A stretch of 64,000 nt of DNA, taken from an uncultured Spirochaetaceae bacterium (GTDB lineage: Bacteria > Spirochaetota > Spirochaetia > Sphaerochaetales > Sphaerochaetaceae). Positions 49,435-58,039 of the stretch are shown piece after piece. The position numbers and the translations under genes were made by a program. Each line of letters opens with the position of its first letter. Within the stretch, counting starts at the first letter, position 1. Where the stretch lies: NCBI GenBank assembly GCA_945910645.1, contig CAMDZB010000001.1, forward strand, positions 67,180 through 131,179, read 5' to 3'. The notes under the pieces are model-generated. The model was not told the origin of the DNA. It saw only the letters and a list, made by a program, of their open reading frames with translations, and did no database searches.

Positions 49435-50149
49435 CATATTCTTTTATTTTGCGTTCATGTGCCTGAAATCTTTTATTTGTAGCATCAAAATATTCTTTTT
49501 CTAGTTCGATACCTATAAAATTACGTTTTAAATTATATGCGGCAATTCCGGTTGAACCAACACCCATAAACGGATCGAGAATAGTATCACCTTCATTAGA
49601 GGCAATTTTAATAATATGTTCTAATAATTTTATGGGTTTCTGTGCAGGATGTTTTGGATTAGAAAGTCTTTCAGGCTGCATACAAATTGGAGTTTGAATA
49701 AAATTGTGCATTTCTTTTTGATTGCTAAAATTCCATTTATGCCCTTTATTCCACATGCAAACAATAAGCTCACAACTATTTAAAAAACCATTTTTATAGA
49801 TTTTAGGAGCAGGATTTGTTTTATGCCAAACCATAAATTGAAAAGTATCGAATTCAGGATCGAATGCTTCGTGCCATTTCCCGATTTGATTATATGTTGT
49901 AAAAACAAATATATTTCCTTTTGGTTTAATTATCCTTTTAAAATTAGCTAACAAATCTCGTGGTTCAATTTCAGGTTTATCCCAATCAGCTAAATTATTA
50001 TTAAGTGCAGAACGACCGGGTAAATCAATATTTCCTGTAGAATACTTTGCGATATTATACGGAGGATCCGTCAATATTAAATCGACAGATTTATCAGGAA
50101 TATCATCTAATAGTTTAAAACAGTCACCATATCTTAAATCGTAAGCCAT
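49418..50149 (-). CDS. Beta-class N6-adenine/N4-cytosine DNA methyltransferase (N-4/N-6 methylase domain)
   Basis: Motif IV (LILTDPPYNI) precedes motif I (DPFMGVGSTGIAA), which is the beta-class order. The ATG at 50149 is preceded by AAAGGAGATAAGA. The 3' end overlaps the convergent endonuclease gene by 17 nt. Confidence 0.85.
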   Translation of the reverse strand: MAYDLRYGDCFKLLDDIPDKSVDLILTDPPYNIAKYSTGNIDLPGRSALNNNLADWDKPEIEPRDLLANFKRIIKPKGNIFVFTTYNQIGKWHEAFDPEFDTFQFMVWHKTNPAPKIYKNGFLNSCELIVCMWNKGHKWNFSNQKEMHNFIQTPICMQPERLSNPKHPAQKPIKLLEHIIKIASNEGDTILDPFMGVGSTGIAAYNLKRNFIGIELEKEYFDATNKRFQAHERKIKEYAMSNF

Positions 50150-50324
50150 TCTTATCTCCTTTCTTTTATAATACATTAAAATTTTTGCTTTGTCCTTTTA
50201 TTTGAGTTTTCATAACATACATCATTCTTTCAATTGGTTATTCAATATAATGTGTTGCTATGTAAAGATTTGAGTGCTTTCTTTCTTGTTTTACGCTAAT
50301 GTTGTGTATCAAAGGAGGTTTAAT

Positions 50325-50540
50325 ATGGAAAAAGTCGAATTGAATATTACTCTAAAGGAGTTTAAGCAATTAAGTAAGTGGGCGGAGGATATTTATAACA
50401 CAGCGATTGTTATTGATTATTTCGTAGCGAATCAACCAGAAATAGAAGAACGCTATAATCTCGCATCGGTAGTTAAGCATCTGCGAAACGATGCAGATAT
50501 GTTGAATGCATTCTTCATTGTCCACGGAAAAAGATGTTGA
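50325..50540 (+). CDS. Small hypothetical protein (71 aa)
   Basis: The ATG at 50325 is preceded by AAAGGAGG. No family was recognised. Confidence 0.4.
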   Translation: MEKVELNITLKEFKQLSKWAEDIYNTAIVIDYFVANQPEIEERYNLASVVKHLRNDADMLNAFFIVHGKRC

Positions 50541-50841
50541 TATTTAAATGCCATTTAAACTGTGTTCATAAATCATTATGTCCAAATAATATGATTTTAG
50601 ACGCATACACTTGATGTTTATCACCTAAAGAGTGATGAATGGTGTAGTTTGAAAGGAGCATATATTGCGTATTGTCTTCAAGCATAATTTTATATCCAAC
50701 ATGCGCTGTTGATTTTCAATTCAAAAATCAGACAAGTGTAGCTCTGCAGGGTTTACCTGTAAATGGATTAATTACTTGCACTGCAAGTTTATGCCCATCT
50801 GCGACTAAAATATCTCCGATTTGCAATACCCCCCACATACT

Positions 50842-50914
50842 TGGAGATGAGGGGAGTCGAACCCCCGACCCTTAGATTGCGAACCTAATGCTCTACCAAC
50901 TGAGCTACATCCCC
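50842..50914 (-). tRNA. tRNA-Ala (anticodon CGC)
   Basis: The reverse complement is GGGGATGTAGCTCAGTTGGTAGAGCATTAGGTTCGCAATCTAAGGGTCGGGGGTTCGACTCCCCTCATCTCCA. It has the G3:U70 Ala identity pair, a TT-CGC-AA anticodon loop and a GGTTCGACTCC T-arm. Confidence 0.9.
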
Positions 50915-51088
50915 ATATCCTATACTTTATTACATCGTCAAAACAAATTCCACAGATTGAGGCAATAATTATAACCAAAAACAGGTATTTTTTGCGGATT
51001 TATTTTTGCTAATTTTTGTTGCTAAAAATCATTGAATCAAATAATTTATTGAAAATATAATTAAAGTATCCTAAAAAGAGGTGAGATT

Positions 51089-51493
51089 ATGAACAATAAG
51101 AAGAATACATCAAAAGATTTAAAGCTATCAGTTGAAGAACAGTTCAAACAGTATCGATTAAACAACATCAAAAAGCCTGATGTTTTAATTTCTCAAGATG
51201 TCTATACTATAATCAAAAAACTCTACATAGATCGTAACAAGACAGGCAAATCCACTCCATCAAAGGAGTTAGAAGCCGAACTAAAAAGAAAGTATATTGG
51301 CCGCTGTGTCTACCTAAATGGAAAGATCGACCGCAGATTAATCGTCTGTCCATTCTTCTATTGCGGTTACTGCATCTGTAACATCAACGATAACTATCGT
51401 CAGCTCTGCAAAGGTGCAAAGCGTAGAGTGGAGGTTGTTACGTTGGCGGATGGGACTACGAGGTATATTCCTAAGAATAATAAGCTCGTTTGA
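51089..51493 (+). CDS. Hypothetical Cys-rich basic protein (134 aa)
   Basis: An RBS (GAGGTGAG) lies upstream. The Cys cluster is CPFFYCGYCICN...C. No family was recognised. Confidence 0.4.
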   Translation: MNNKKNTSKDLKLSVEEQFKQYRLNNIKKPDVLISQDVYTIIKKLYIDRNKTGKSTPSKELEAELKRKYIGRCVYLNGKIDRRLIVCPFFYCGYCICNINDNYRQLCKGAKRRVEVVTLADGTTRYIPKNNKLV

Positions 51494-51639
51494 CCTTCCT
51501 CTCGCCCGACTTGCTAATAGAACAATTTCTTATATGGAACACAGTGATTTTGAGCAAATTTAAATCTTTTTTATCGCTGTGCCATCTGGTACTCAATCCA
51601 CAACTTGTTAGTGTCATCTAGTATCAGACTGAAGTGATG

Positions 51640-52130
51640 GCACTCTACTAGCGAGGTTGAGATTATTACTGGATGGCACCGCGAGTTTAAGAGATTATTA
51701 TTGGATGATACGTACCTAGCGAGTTGAATATTGAGATGAGCTACTAGGAAACAAGGCTCGGCTAGCGCAGGACATACCTTTGTGGTAGGCCAAGCGCCGA
51801 TGCCGCCGTTTGACGACGTAGATTGCTCAAGATTCAACGAGCCCCAAACGCAGGACATACCTCTGTGGTAGATCAAGTTGGGCGGGTGCAGTATGACAAA
51901 GTTAGGCACCTGAGATAAAACTAGCACCCATGAGTTGAATATTGGGATGCGAAATATATTGAATAGTGTACAGTACGAGTTTGATAATCGGGATGAGGAG
52001 CGCGAAAGGCAAGGTAGCCCTAACGCAGGACATACCTTTGTGGTAGGCCAAGCGCCGAAGCCGCCAGCTTGACGACGTAGATCGCTCAAGATTCAATCAT
52101 CTTAGCGAGTTTGAGATGCGAGGCAAAGAC
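51640..52130. repeat. Non-coding degenerate repeat array (two repeat families)
   Basis: An identical 35-nt core, CGCAGGACATACCTTTGTGGTAGGCCAAGCGCCGA, occurs at 51766 and 52024, inside copies of about 85-90 bp that both end GACGACGTAGATYGCTCAAGATTCAA. A partial third copy lies at 51847. In addition there are about six copies of a roughly 30-bp unit, (T)AGCGAGTTKARWATT..GGATG, at 51650, 51681, 51717, 51930, 51975 and 52103. Confidence 0.75.
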
Positions 52131-52228
52131 TAAGTCGCAGGTTCCTGATGCCGATGCGATTTTACTTTTTGTAAATGAGCAAGGCTCAGGGTTCTAAGAC
52201 AACGTATTTGCCCGCATATCAAACGAGC

Positions 52229-53626
52229 CTAACCGATGCCGCCAAAAAATGCCCCAAACACCAAAGCCAACAACGCCAGCAAGCAATAAAGGTACTTACC
52301 CACAGGGTAGAACCACTTGCCGATTGGCTTATCAGACCCGAGGTTAACAGCATCAAGAGCTGTTTTCTTATCCATCACGTAGAAGAACATGATGGCAGCA
52401 AGGAGTGCGCCGATTGGGCAGATATAGATTGAAATCACATCCATCCACTCCGCGGTGATCGCTTGGATGCATAACGCAACAATACCGCCTACCACAAGGA
52501 TGATGCCAGTTGCAAGCTTACGACCAAGGTGTAGCTCCTCCTGCATAAATGCAATTGGTGCCTCATATAGATTGATGATTGAGCTTAGTCCTGCAAATGT
52601 AACAGCGATGAAGAATATGATCTCCACAACCACTCCGAGTGGAATACCGTTCATCACGTTCACAAGGTAGATGAACATTAATCCAGGACCGCCTGATGAA
52701 AGATGACCTTCTCCGGCTGTTGCCATGCTTGGGATAATCACAAGTGCAGCGAGTAGGGCAGCTATTGTATCAAATAGAGCCACGTTCTTACTTGCAGTCT
52801 TTAGGTTCTCATCCTTACTGAGGTATGAGCCGTATATAACAGAGCCGTTACCAGCAACGGAGAGTGAGAAGAACGCCTGTCCAAAAGCGTATACTATCAC
52901 CCGAGCCCAGAAGCCGAACATCTCTGAGAATGATTTGAACTCAGGAAGGTTAATTGAGAAGATGTATTTGTAGCCTGCGCCTGCCCCCTTAAGCGTTGCA
53001 ACGTATATGCCGAGGAGTACAAACAATCCAAAAAGTATTGGCATCATAACTTTGTTTGCCTTCTCGATTCCCTTTGATACGCCGAAGGACATTATTATAA
53101 AGGCCACAAGGATTGTGATGACGATCCAAAGGTTTGCGCCCCATGCTGATGCTGTCTGCCCGAATGTGCCACCGATTGTGTTCATATCGTGCCCCATCAT
53201 ATAAAGATCGCCTGTGATAGCGAGGAACGCGTATTTAAATATCCATGCCATAACAACGGTATAGCCGATTGCAAGAGCCATTGAGCCAAGTACTGGAATC
53301 ATACCAATACCCTGACCGATTTTCTTATATGTTGTTGTATTTTTATTATGATTTGTAGCATTGACTTCCATTGCTTTTCCAAATGCACCAAATGGACCTG
53401 CTGCTGCGAAACGTCCAAAAGCAAACTCTTCAATTACGCCTGTTGATGCGATTAGAATCACAAAGATAATATAGGGAATTAAGAATGTCAGTCCGCCATA
53501 GGTAGATACCATAACTGGGAATCTCCAAATATTTCCCATGCCAACTGCTGACCCTATACATGCTAGGATAAAACCCCAACGTGATGAGAAACCATCACGA
53601 ACTTTCTTTTCATTTGAAATAGCCAT
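52229..53626 (-). CDS. Sodium-dependent transporter, NSS (SNF) family
   Basis: WGFILACIGSAVGMGNIWRFP is the NSS signature. The 465-aa product is polytopic. Confidence 0.9.
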   Translation of the reverse strand: MAISNEKKVRDGFSSRWGFILACIGSAVGMGNIWRFPVMVSTYGGLTFLIPYIIFVILIASTGVIEEFAFGRFAAAGPFGAFGKAMEVNATNHNKNTTTYKKIGQGIGMIPVLGSMALAIGYTVVMAWIFKYAFLAITGDLYMMGHDMNTIGGTFGQTASAWGANLWIVITILVAFIIMSFGVSKGIEKANKVMMPILFGLFVLLGIYVATLKGAGAGYKYIFSINLPEFKSFSEMFGFWARVIVYAFGQAFFSLSVAGNGSVIYGSYLSKDENLKTASKNVALFDTIAALLAALVIIPSMATAGEGHLSSGGPGLMFIYLVNVMNGIPLGVVVEIIFFIAVTFAGLSSIINLYEAPIAFMQEELHLGRKLATGIILVVGGIVALCIQAITAEWMDVISIYICPIGALLAAIMFFYVMDKKTALDAVNLGSDKPIGKWFYPVGKYLYCLLALLALVFGAFFGGIG

Positions 53627-53840
53627 TTTATTTTCTCTCCTTGTATTTTAAAGTTTTCAGAAGAGAAGTCGCCACGACCTCATCATAAGCTATTCCTCCT
53701 ATATATAAATTAGGTAAAATATACTAAAAGTGAAAAGTAAAAATCAATATCTTTTTAATAAAAAATTTCTTAGCCATAACGTCAATATTACTATATAATA
53801 AGGTTAAGAAATTTCATTAAGGAATTTTCTGGAGATTATT

Positions 53841-55667
53841 ATGGACAGGTTGATTTTAAAGTCAGATAATAAGAGTTTTAACAATATGCTCAAGATGTTC
53901 GAAAGACGTATTAGAGCAAGTATTTCAGGGCTGTGTGCGGTGGATATGACACGTGCGTTTTTGAGCGCATATCAGGCTCAATCGTGCGGAAAATGTACGC
54001 CTTGCAGAATAGGTACACGCCTTCTATTGGAGCTTTTTGATAACATTCTCGACTCAAAAGCGACGCCAGAAACGCTTAAAGAGATAGAAAAGGTTGCAAA
54101 TACGCTACTTCTCTCATCAGATTGCGAAATTGGATCAAATACAGGGTCTCTTGTGCTCTATGCTCTTCGTGAGTTTAAGGACGATTTTGAATCACACGTA
54201 AAGTCGTCGCGCTGTATTATGCAGACTCGTCAGGCTGTGCCTTGTGTATCAAAATGTCCTGCGAATGTGGATGTGCCGGGGTATGTCGCGCTTGCTAATG
54301 CAAAGAGATACAAGGATGTTGTGAGGCTCATAAGGAAGGACAATCCGTTCCCAGTAGCCTGTGCATACATCTGTGATCATCCATGCGAGAGCAACTGTAG
54401 GCGAATGATAGTTGATGCGGCAATTAACATAAGAGGAATTAAAAAGGCATCTGTTGATAGAGCAGGCTTTGTGGAGAGCGAAAAAGCGGAGGCAGATACA
54501 GGTAAGCGTGTTGCCATAATCGGTGGAGGTCCAAGTGGACTTACAGCAGCATACTTCTTACGCCTTATGGGTCATAGCGTTTCAATATATGAGGCAAATG
54601 AACGATTCGGAGGAATGCTATACTACGGAATTCCACGCTATAGGCTCCCTCAAAAGCAGCTGGATCGTGACATTGATAACATACTATCCCTTGGCATTGA
54701 TGTGCATCTTAACGAGAAGATTGGCGACAAAGTCACGGTTGATGAACTTCGTAAGTCGTACGATGCGGTTTACATCTCAATTGGCGCTCAGGTTGATAAC
54801 AAGGTGAGCGTGGAAGGAGAGGATGCCAAAAATGTAATTTCAGCAGTTACTATGCTACGTGTTGCAGCGTCTTTAAAGTCACCATCGCTTAAAGGAAAGA
54901 AGGTGGTTGTAATTGGTGGCGGAAACGTTGCAATGGACTGTACAAGAACTGCTTTACGCCTTGGCGCTGAGAGGGTATCCGTGGTATACAGACGACGCCG
55001 CGATGACATGACAGCCCTCCAAGCTGAGATTGAGGCCGCTATCGCGGAAGGGGCGGAGATTATGGACTTAACCTCGCATAAACGCATAGTAAAAGATGAA
55101 AACAATAATGCTGTCGGCCTTGTAGTTAAGCGCAACATGGTGAGCGTGATTGGAAGCGATGGAAGACCCAAAGTGAAGGAATCGAACACCGAGGAGATAA
55201 CTATCCCTGCAGACCTAATCATATTTGCAATTGGGCAAGGAATCGACTCTGCTCATTTTGAACAGTCGGGCTTGGCTGTAGAAAAGAACATATTCAAAAC
55301 TGATAAAACTGGGCGTATTTTAGGATCTGAAGGCGTGTTTGCAGGAGGGGACTGCGTAACAGGTCCAGGATCTGCTATTAATGCAATTGCTGCGGGGAAG
55401 GTTGCTGCTGCTAATATTGATGCATTTTTAGGGTATAATCATGAAATTTCTGTGGATGTTAAAATACCAGAAACTGAGTTTACAGACATCAAACCTTGTG
55501 GTAGAGTGAACACCAGAGAAAGAAGCGGATACGACTCGAAAAACGATTTTGAAGAAGTTGAAGTGCCATTCACAGATGAAGAAGTTGCACAGGAGACCTC
55601 AAGATGTTTACGATGTGATTGTTTTGGCTTTGGCATCTTCAAAAACGGGAGGGAACAAAAGTGGTAA
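53841..55667 (+). CDS. NuoF-C-terminal-like 4Fe-4S domain fused to a GltD-type NAD(P)H flavin oxidoreductase
   Basis: SCGKCTPCRIG is the NuoF-type cluster motif. Two ferredoxin-like Cys clusters follow. The dinucleotide folds are VAIIGGGPSGLTAAYFL and VVVIGGGNVAMDC, as in the glutamate synthase small subunit. Confidence 0.8.
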   Translation: MDRLILKSDNKSFNNMLKMFERRIRASISGLCAVDMTRAFLSAYQAQSCGKCTPCRIGTRLLLELFDNILDSKATPETLKEIEKVANTLLLSSDCEIGSNTGSLVLYALREFKDDFESHVKSSRCIMQTRQAVPCVSKCPANVDVPGYVALANAKRYKDVVRLIRKDNPFPVACAYICDHPCESNCRRMIVDAAINIRGIKKASVDRAGFVESEKAEADTGKRVAIIGGGPSGLTAAYFLRLMGHSVSIYEANERFGGMLYYGIPRYRLPQKQLDRDIDNILSLGIDVHLNEKIGDKVTVDELRKSYDAVYISIGAQVDNKVSVEGEDAKNVISAVTMLRVAASLKSPSLKGKKVVVIGGGNVAMDCTRTALRLGAERVSVVYRRRRDDMTALQAEIEAAIAEGAEIMDLTSHKRIVKDENNNAVGLVVKRNMVSVIGSDGRPKVKESNTEEITIPADLIIFAIGQGIDSAHFEQSGLAVEKNIFKTDKTGRILGSEGVFAGGDCVTGPGSAINAIAAGKVAAANIDAFLGYNHEISVDVKIPETEFTDIKPCGRVNTRERSGYDSKNDFEEVEVPFTDEEVAQETSRCLRCDCFGFGIFKNGREQKW

Positions 55668-57391
55668 ATCTAACGATAGATGGAAAACACGTAAGTGTTG
55701 AAGAAGGAACTACAATTCTAAAGGCTGCAGAAGCAGCAGGGATAAGAATCCCCACGCTCTGTAAGTGGGACGGTATCAATGTAATTGGTGCATGTAGACT
55801 CTGTATTATTGAAGTGAAGGGAATGGAACGCCTTCCTGCGTCATGCGTGACTATTGCAGAAGAAGGAATGGAGGTGTATACATCAACGCAAAAGGTTATT
55901 GATGCACGCCGTGCTAACCTCGAGATGATACTATCAGAACATGACTTCGACTGCATGAATTGCCCACGTTCTGGCACCTGTGAACTTCAAAAGCTGGTGT
56001 TTGAATTCGGCATAGAGGATGGCAAGTTTAGAAAGAATCTTCCCCATATGCCATGGCCTAAGGACTTCCCGCTCATCAGGAACAATGACAAATGTATTAA
56101 ATGTATGCGCTGCGTTCAAGTATGTGAAAAGATAGCAGACGTTGGCATTTGGGATATCCAGTTTAGCGGAAGCAGAACCACGGTTTGGACTAAGGATAAT
56201 AAGAACATCAAAGACATGGGCTGTACCCTATGTGGCCAGTGTATAACCCACTGTCCATGTGGCGCACTCACATCACGCGACGACAGGTCAAAGCTGTTTG
56301 GAGAAAACGGCGTTATGAACGATAAGAGTAAAATCAAGGTAGTCAGCATGGCTCCATCTGTTCGTACAGCGTGGGCGGAGGAGTTCGGACTTGGCAACAA
56401 TGTTAAGATAGAGAAGCTTGTTGGAGTGTTAAAAGCGCTTGGATTCAACTTTGTGTTTGATGTTAACTTTGGTGCAGATCTAACCATTATGGAAGAGGGA
56501 AACGAACTTATCGAGAGGCTCAGTAACAGGGATAAATACAAGTTCCCTATGTTTACCTCATGCTGCCCAGCCTGGGTAAGATACGTAAAGACAAAGCATA
56601 AGGAACTCATACCAAATCTATCCACAGCTAAGTCTCCAAACCAGATGCAAGGTGCGGTCATAAAGACGTATTTTGCAGAGAAGCTTAAGGTGAATCCTGC
56701 AACTATTTACAACGTTGCTATTATGCCATGCGTTGCTAAAAAGGCTGAGATTGAAATCCCAACAATGAACTCAAATGACGGCGTTAAAGATGTTGATCTT
56801 GTGCTTACAACAAGGGAACTCGTGAGTATGATCAAAGATTTCGGAATCGATGTCAACAAGGTTGAGGAGAAGGAGTTTGACTCACCACTTGGGGAGAGTA
56901 CAGGTGCAGGAGTGATCTTTGGATCATCAGGTGGAGTGCTTGAAGCGTCGCTTAGAACTGCATCGTATGTCCTTACTAAAAAGACGCCTACAGTTGATGA
57001 GTTTAAGGTTGTGAGGAACAAGGACGGCATTAAAATCGCTACTGTAAACGTTGGTGGAACAGAGTTGAAGGTTGGAGTTGTATCAGGGCTCAAAAACGCA
57101 TCAAAGCTCATCAAGGACATCGAAAATGGCAAGGAAAAGCTCGACTTTATAGAAGTTATGGCATGCCCTAACGGCTGTATCAACGGTGGTGGTCAGCCAA
57201 TCTGGGGAGAAAACGAGCAGAAAGTTGATGCACGTTGTGATGATATCTACAGAAGGGATAGAGATGCAAAGTTCAAGAACTCATACGAAAACCCATCAAT
57301 TGTGACTCTTTACAACGAGTATATAGGCAAGCCTTGCGGTGAAAAAGCACATCATCTACTTCACATCGATCATGAGAGTTTTAGTGTTTAA
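55661..57391 (+). CDS. hydA: [FeFe]-hydrogenase, group A catalytic subunit
   Basis: The N-terminus has 2Fe-2S and 4Fe-4S ferredoxin domains. The H-cluster motifs are FTSCCPAWV, MPCVAKKAE and EVMACPNGCINGGGQP. The GTG start at 55661 is preceded by GGGAGG and overlaps the upstream stop. Confidence 0.92.
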   Translation: MVNLTIDGKHVSVEEGTTILKAAEAAGIRIPTLCKWDGINVIGACRLCIIEVKGMERLPASCVTIAEEGMEVYTSTQKVIDARRANLEMILSEHDFDCMNCPRSGTCELQKLVFEFGIEDGKFRKNLPHMPWPKDFPLIRNNDKCIKCMRCVQVCEKIADVGIWDIQFSGSRTTVWTKDNKNIKDMGCTLCGQCITHCPCGALTSRDDRSKLFGENGVMNDKSKIKVVSMAPSVRTAWAEEFGLGNNVKIEKLVGVLKALGFNFVFDVNFGADLTIMEEGNELIERLSNRDKYKFPMFTSCCPAWVRYVKTKHKELIPNLSTAKSPNQMQGAVIKTYFAEKLKVNPATIYNVAIMPCVAKKAEIEIPTMNSNDGVKDVDLVLTTRELVSMIKDFGIDVNKVEEKEFDSPLGESTGAGVIFGSSGGVLEASLRTASYVLTKKTPTVDEFKVVRNKDGIKIATVNVGGTELKVGVVSGLKNASKLIKDIENGKEKLDFIEVMACPNGCINGGGQPIWGENEQKVDARCDDIYRRDRDAKFKNSYENPSIVTLYNEYIGKPCGEKAHHLLHIDHESFSV

Positions 57392-57394
57392 CAT

Positions 57395-57410
57395 CCCCTC
57401 TTAGGAGGGG
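57395..57410 (+). terminator. Weak hairpin after hydA
   Basis: The hairpin is CCCCTC-TTAG-GAGGGG, but no clean T-tract follows. Confidence 0.35.
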
Positions 57411-57469
57411 CTTACTCTTGAAAGAATTCGCTTTTAAATGCTAAACTTTTAAATGGTTTAGGAGTAATT

Positions 57470-58039
57470 GTGAAATATATTAATATAAAAGATACAGATA
57501 AGATACAGAAGGAAGTAGAGGAGTTTAAGAAACAGCTCATGGATTTTTCTAAACCTGAAGACCTTCCTGTTTTATATAAAGAAGTTAAGAAGACTATTCC
57601 ATGGTATAGAAGAAAGGACTTTTTCGCATATATGACTTATATTGTCCTTTCAAATAACCAGGGTGGAAATCAGCGTCCACAGGATGCACAGAATGCACGC
57701 CGTAACGCTCAGGATAATGCGGCCTCTCAAAAGAACGTTTACAACAATCAGAAGAAGCCAGTTTCACAGAACGTGGCTAGCGCATCAAATGCATCAAATA
57801 CGGTTATGTGGACTAACTACTCACCTCGTAATGCTGAAGCACAGAGTGAGTTTAAGAAGTTCATCGTGACAAAGGCAAATATTGACCCATCATCGATTGT
57901 TGAAGTATCTCCAAAGAGGTTCTGCTCGTTCGTTACATTCAAGGATCAGGACTCTTTGAATAAGGCAATTTCTGCTGTTAACAACCAGACTTTCGATAAC
58001 AGAGTGGTTAAGGCTAATTACAACAACGCAAAGGCTTAA
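57470..58039 (+). CDS. Hypothetical protein with a Q/N-rich linker and a C-terminal RRM-like domain
   Basis: The GTG start is preceded by AGGAG. The low-complexity segment is NNQGGNQRPQDAQNARRNAQDNAASQKN. The C-terminus (CSFVTFKDQDSLNKAISAVNNQTFDNRVVKANY) resembles RNP-1 plus the beta4 strand of an RRM. Confidence 0.5.
   Translation: MKYINIKDTDKIQKEVEEFKKQLMDFSKPEDLPVLYKEVKKTIPWYRRKDFFAYMTYIVLSNNQGGNQRPQDAQNARRNAQDNAASQKNVYNNQKKPVSQNVASASNASNTVMWTNYSPRNAEAQSEFKKFIVTKANIDPSSIVEVSPKRFCSFVTFKDQDSLNKAISAVNNQTFDNRVVKANYNNAKA

Noticed and set aside
46665-50149. Calling the cassette a DpnII/MboI-type GATC system because it has a Dam-like MTase plus a second MTase.
   Set aside because: The endonuclease sequence does not resemble R.DpnII as I recall it. 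The Dam-family fold alone does not fix GATC specificity, so no recognition site is claimed.
50541-50841. An integrase remnant or att repeat expected between the island cargo and tRNA-Ala.
   Set aside because: Only short broken reading frames of no recognisable family were found. No copy of the tRNA-Ala 3' end was found at the island's left edge (39.9-40.3 kb) or at the 44.9-kb junction.
50672-50875. A 67-aa plus-strand ORF.
   Set aside because: It runs into and overlaps the tRNA-Ala gene, has no RBS and starts at a non-ATG codon. It is considered spurious.
51571-52089. A 172-aa minus-strand ORF spanning the repeat array.
   Set aside because: Its open frame is a by-product of the DNA repeats (GAWPTTKVCPAL appears twice). 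It has no RBS, and its Cys/Trp/Ser-rich composition is unlike the other proteins here. It is treated as non-coding.
51640-52130. Possible CRISPR array.
   Set aside because: The repeats are degenerate, fall into two different length classes and are irregularly spaced. No cas genes are nearby.
54788-57183. Several long minus-strand ORFs (144, 112, 181 and 158 aa) within the oxidoreductase and hydrogenase genes.
   Set aside because: They are antisense shadows of strongly supported genes. Their Ser/Thr/Pro-rich, low-complexity translations are typical of reverse-frame artefacts.
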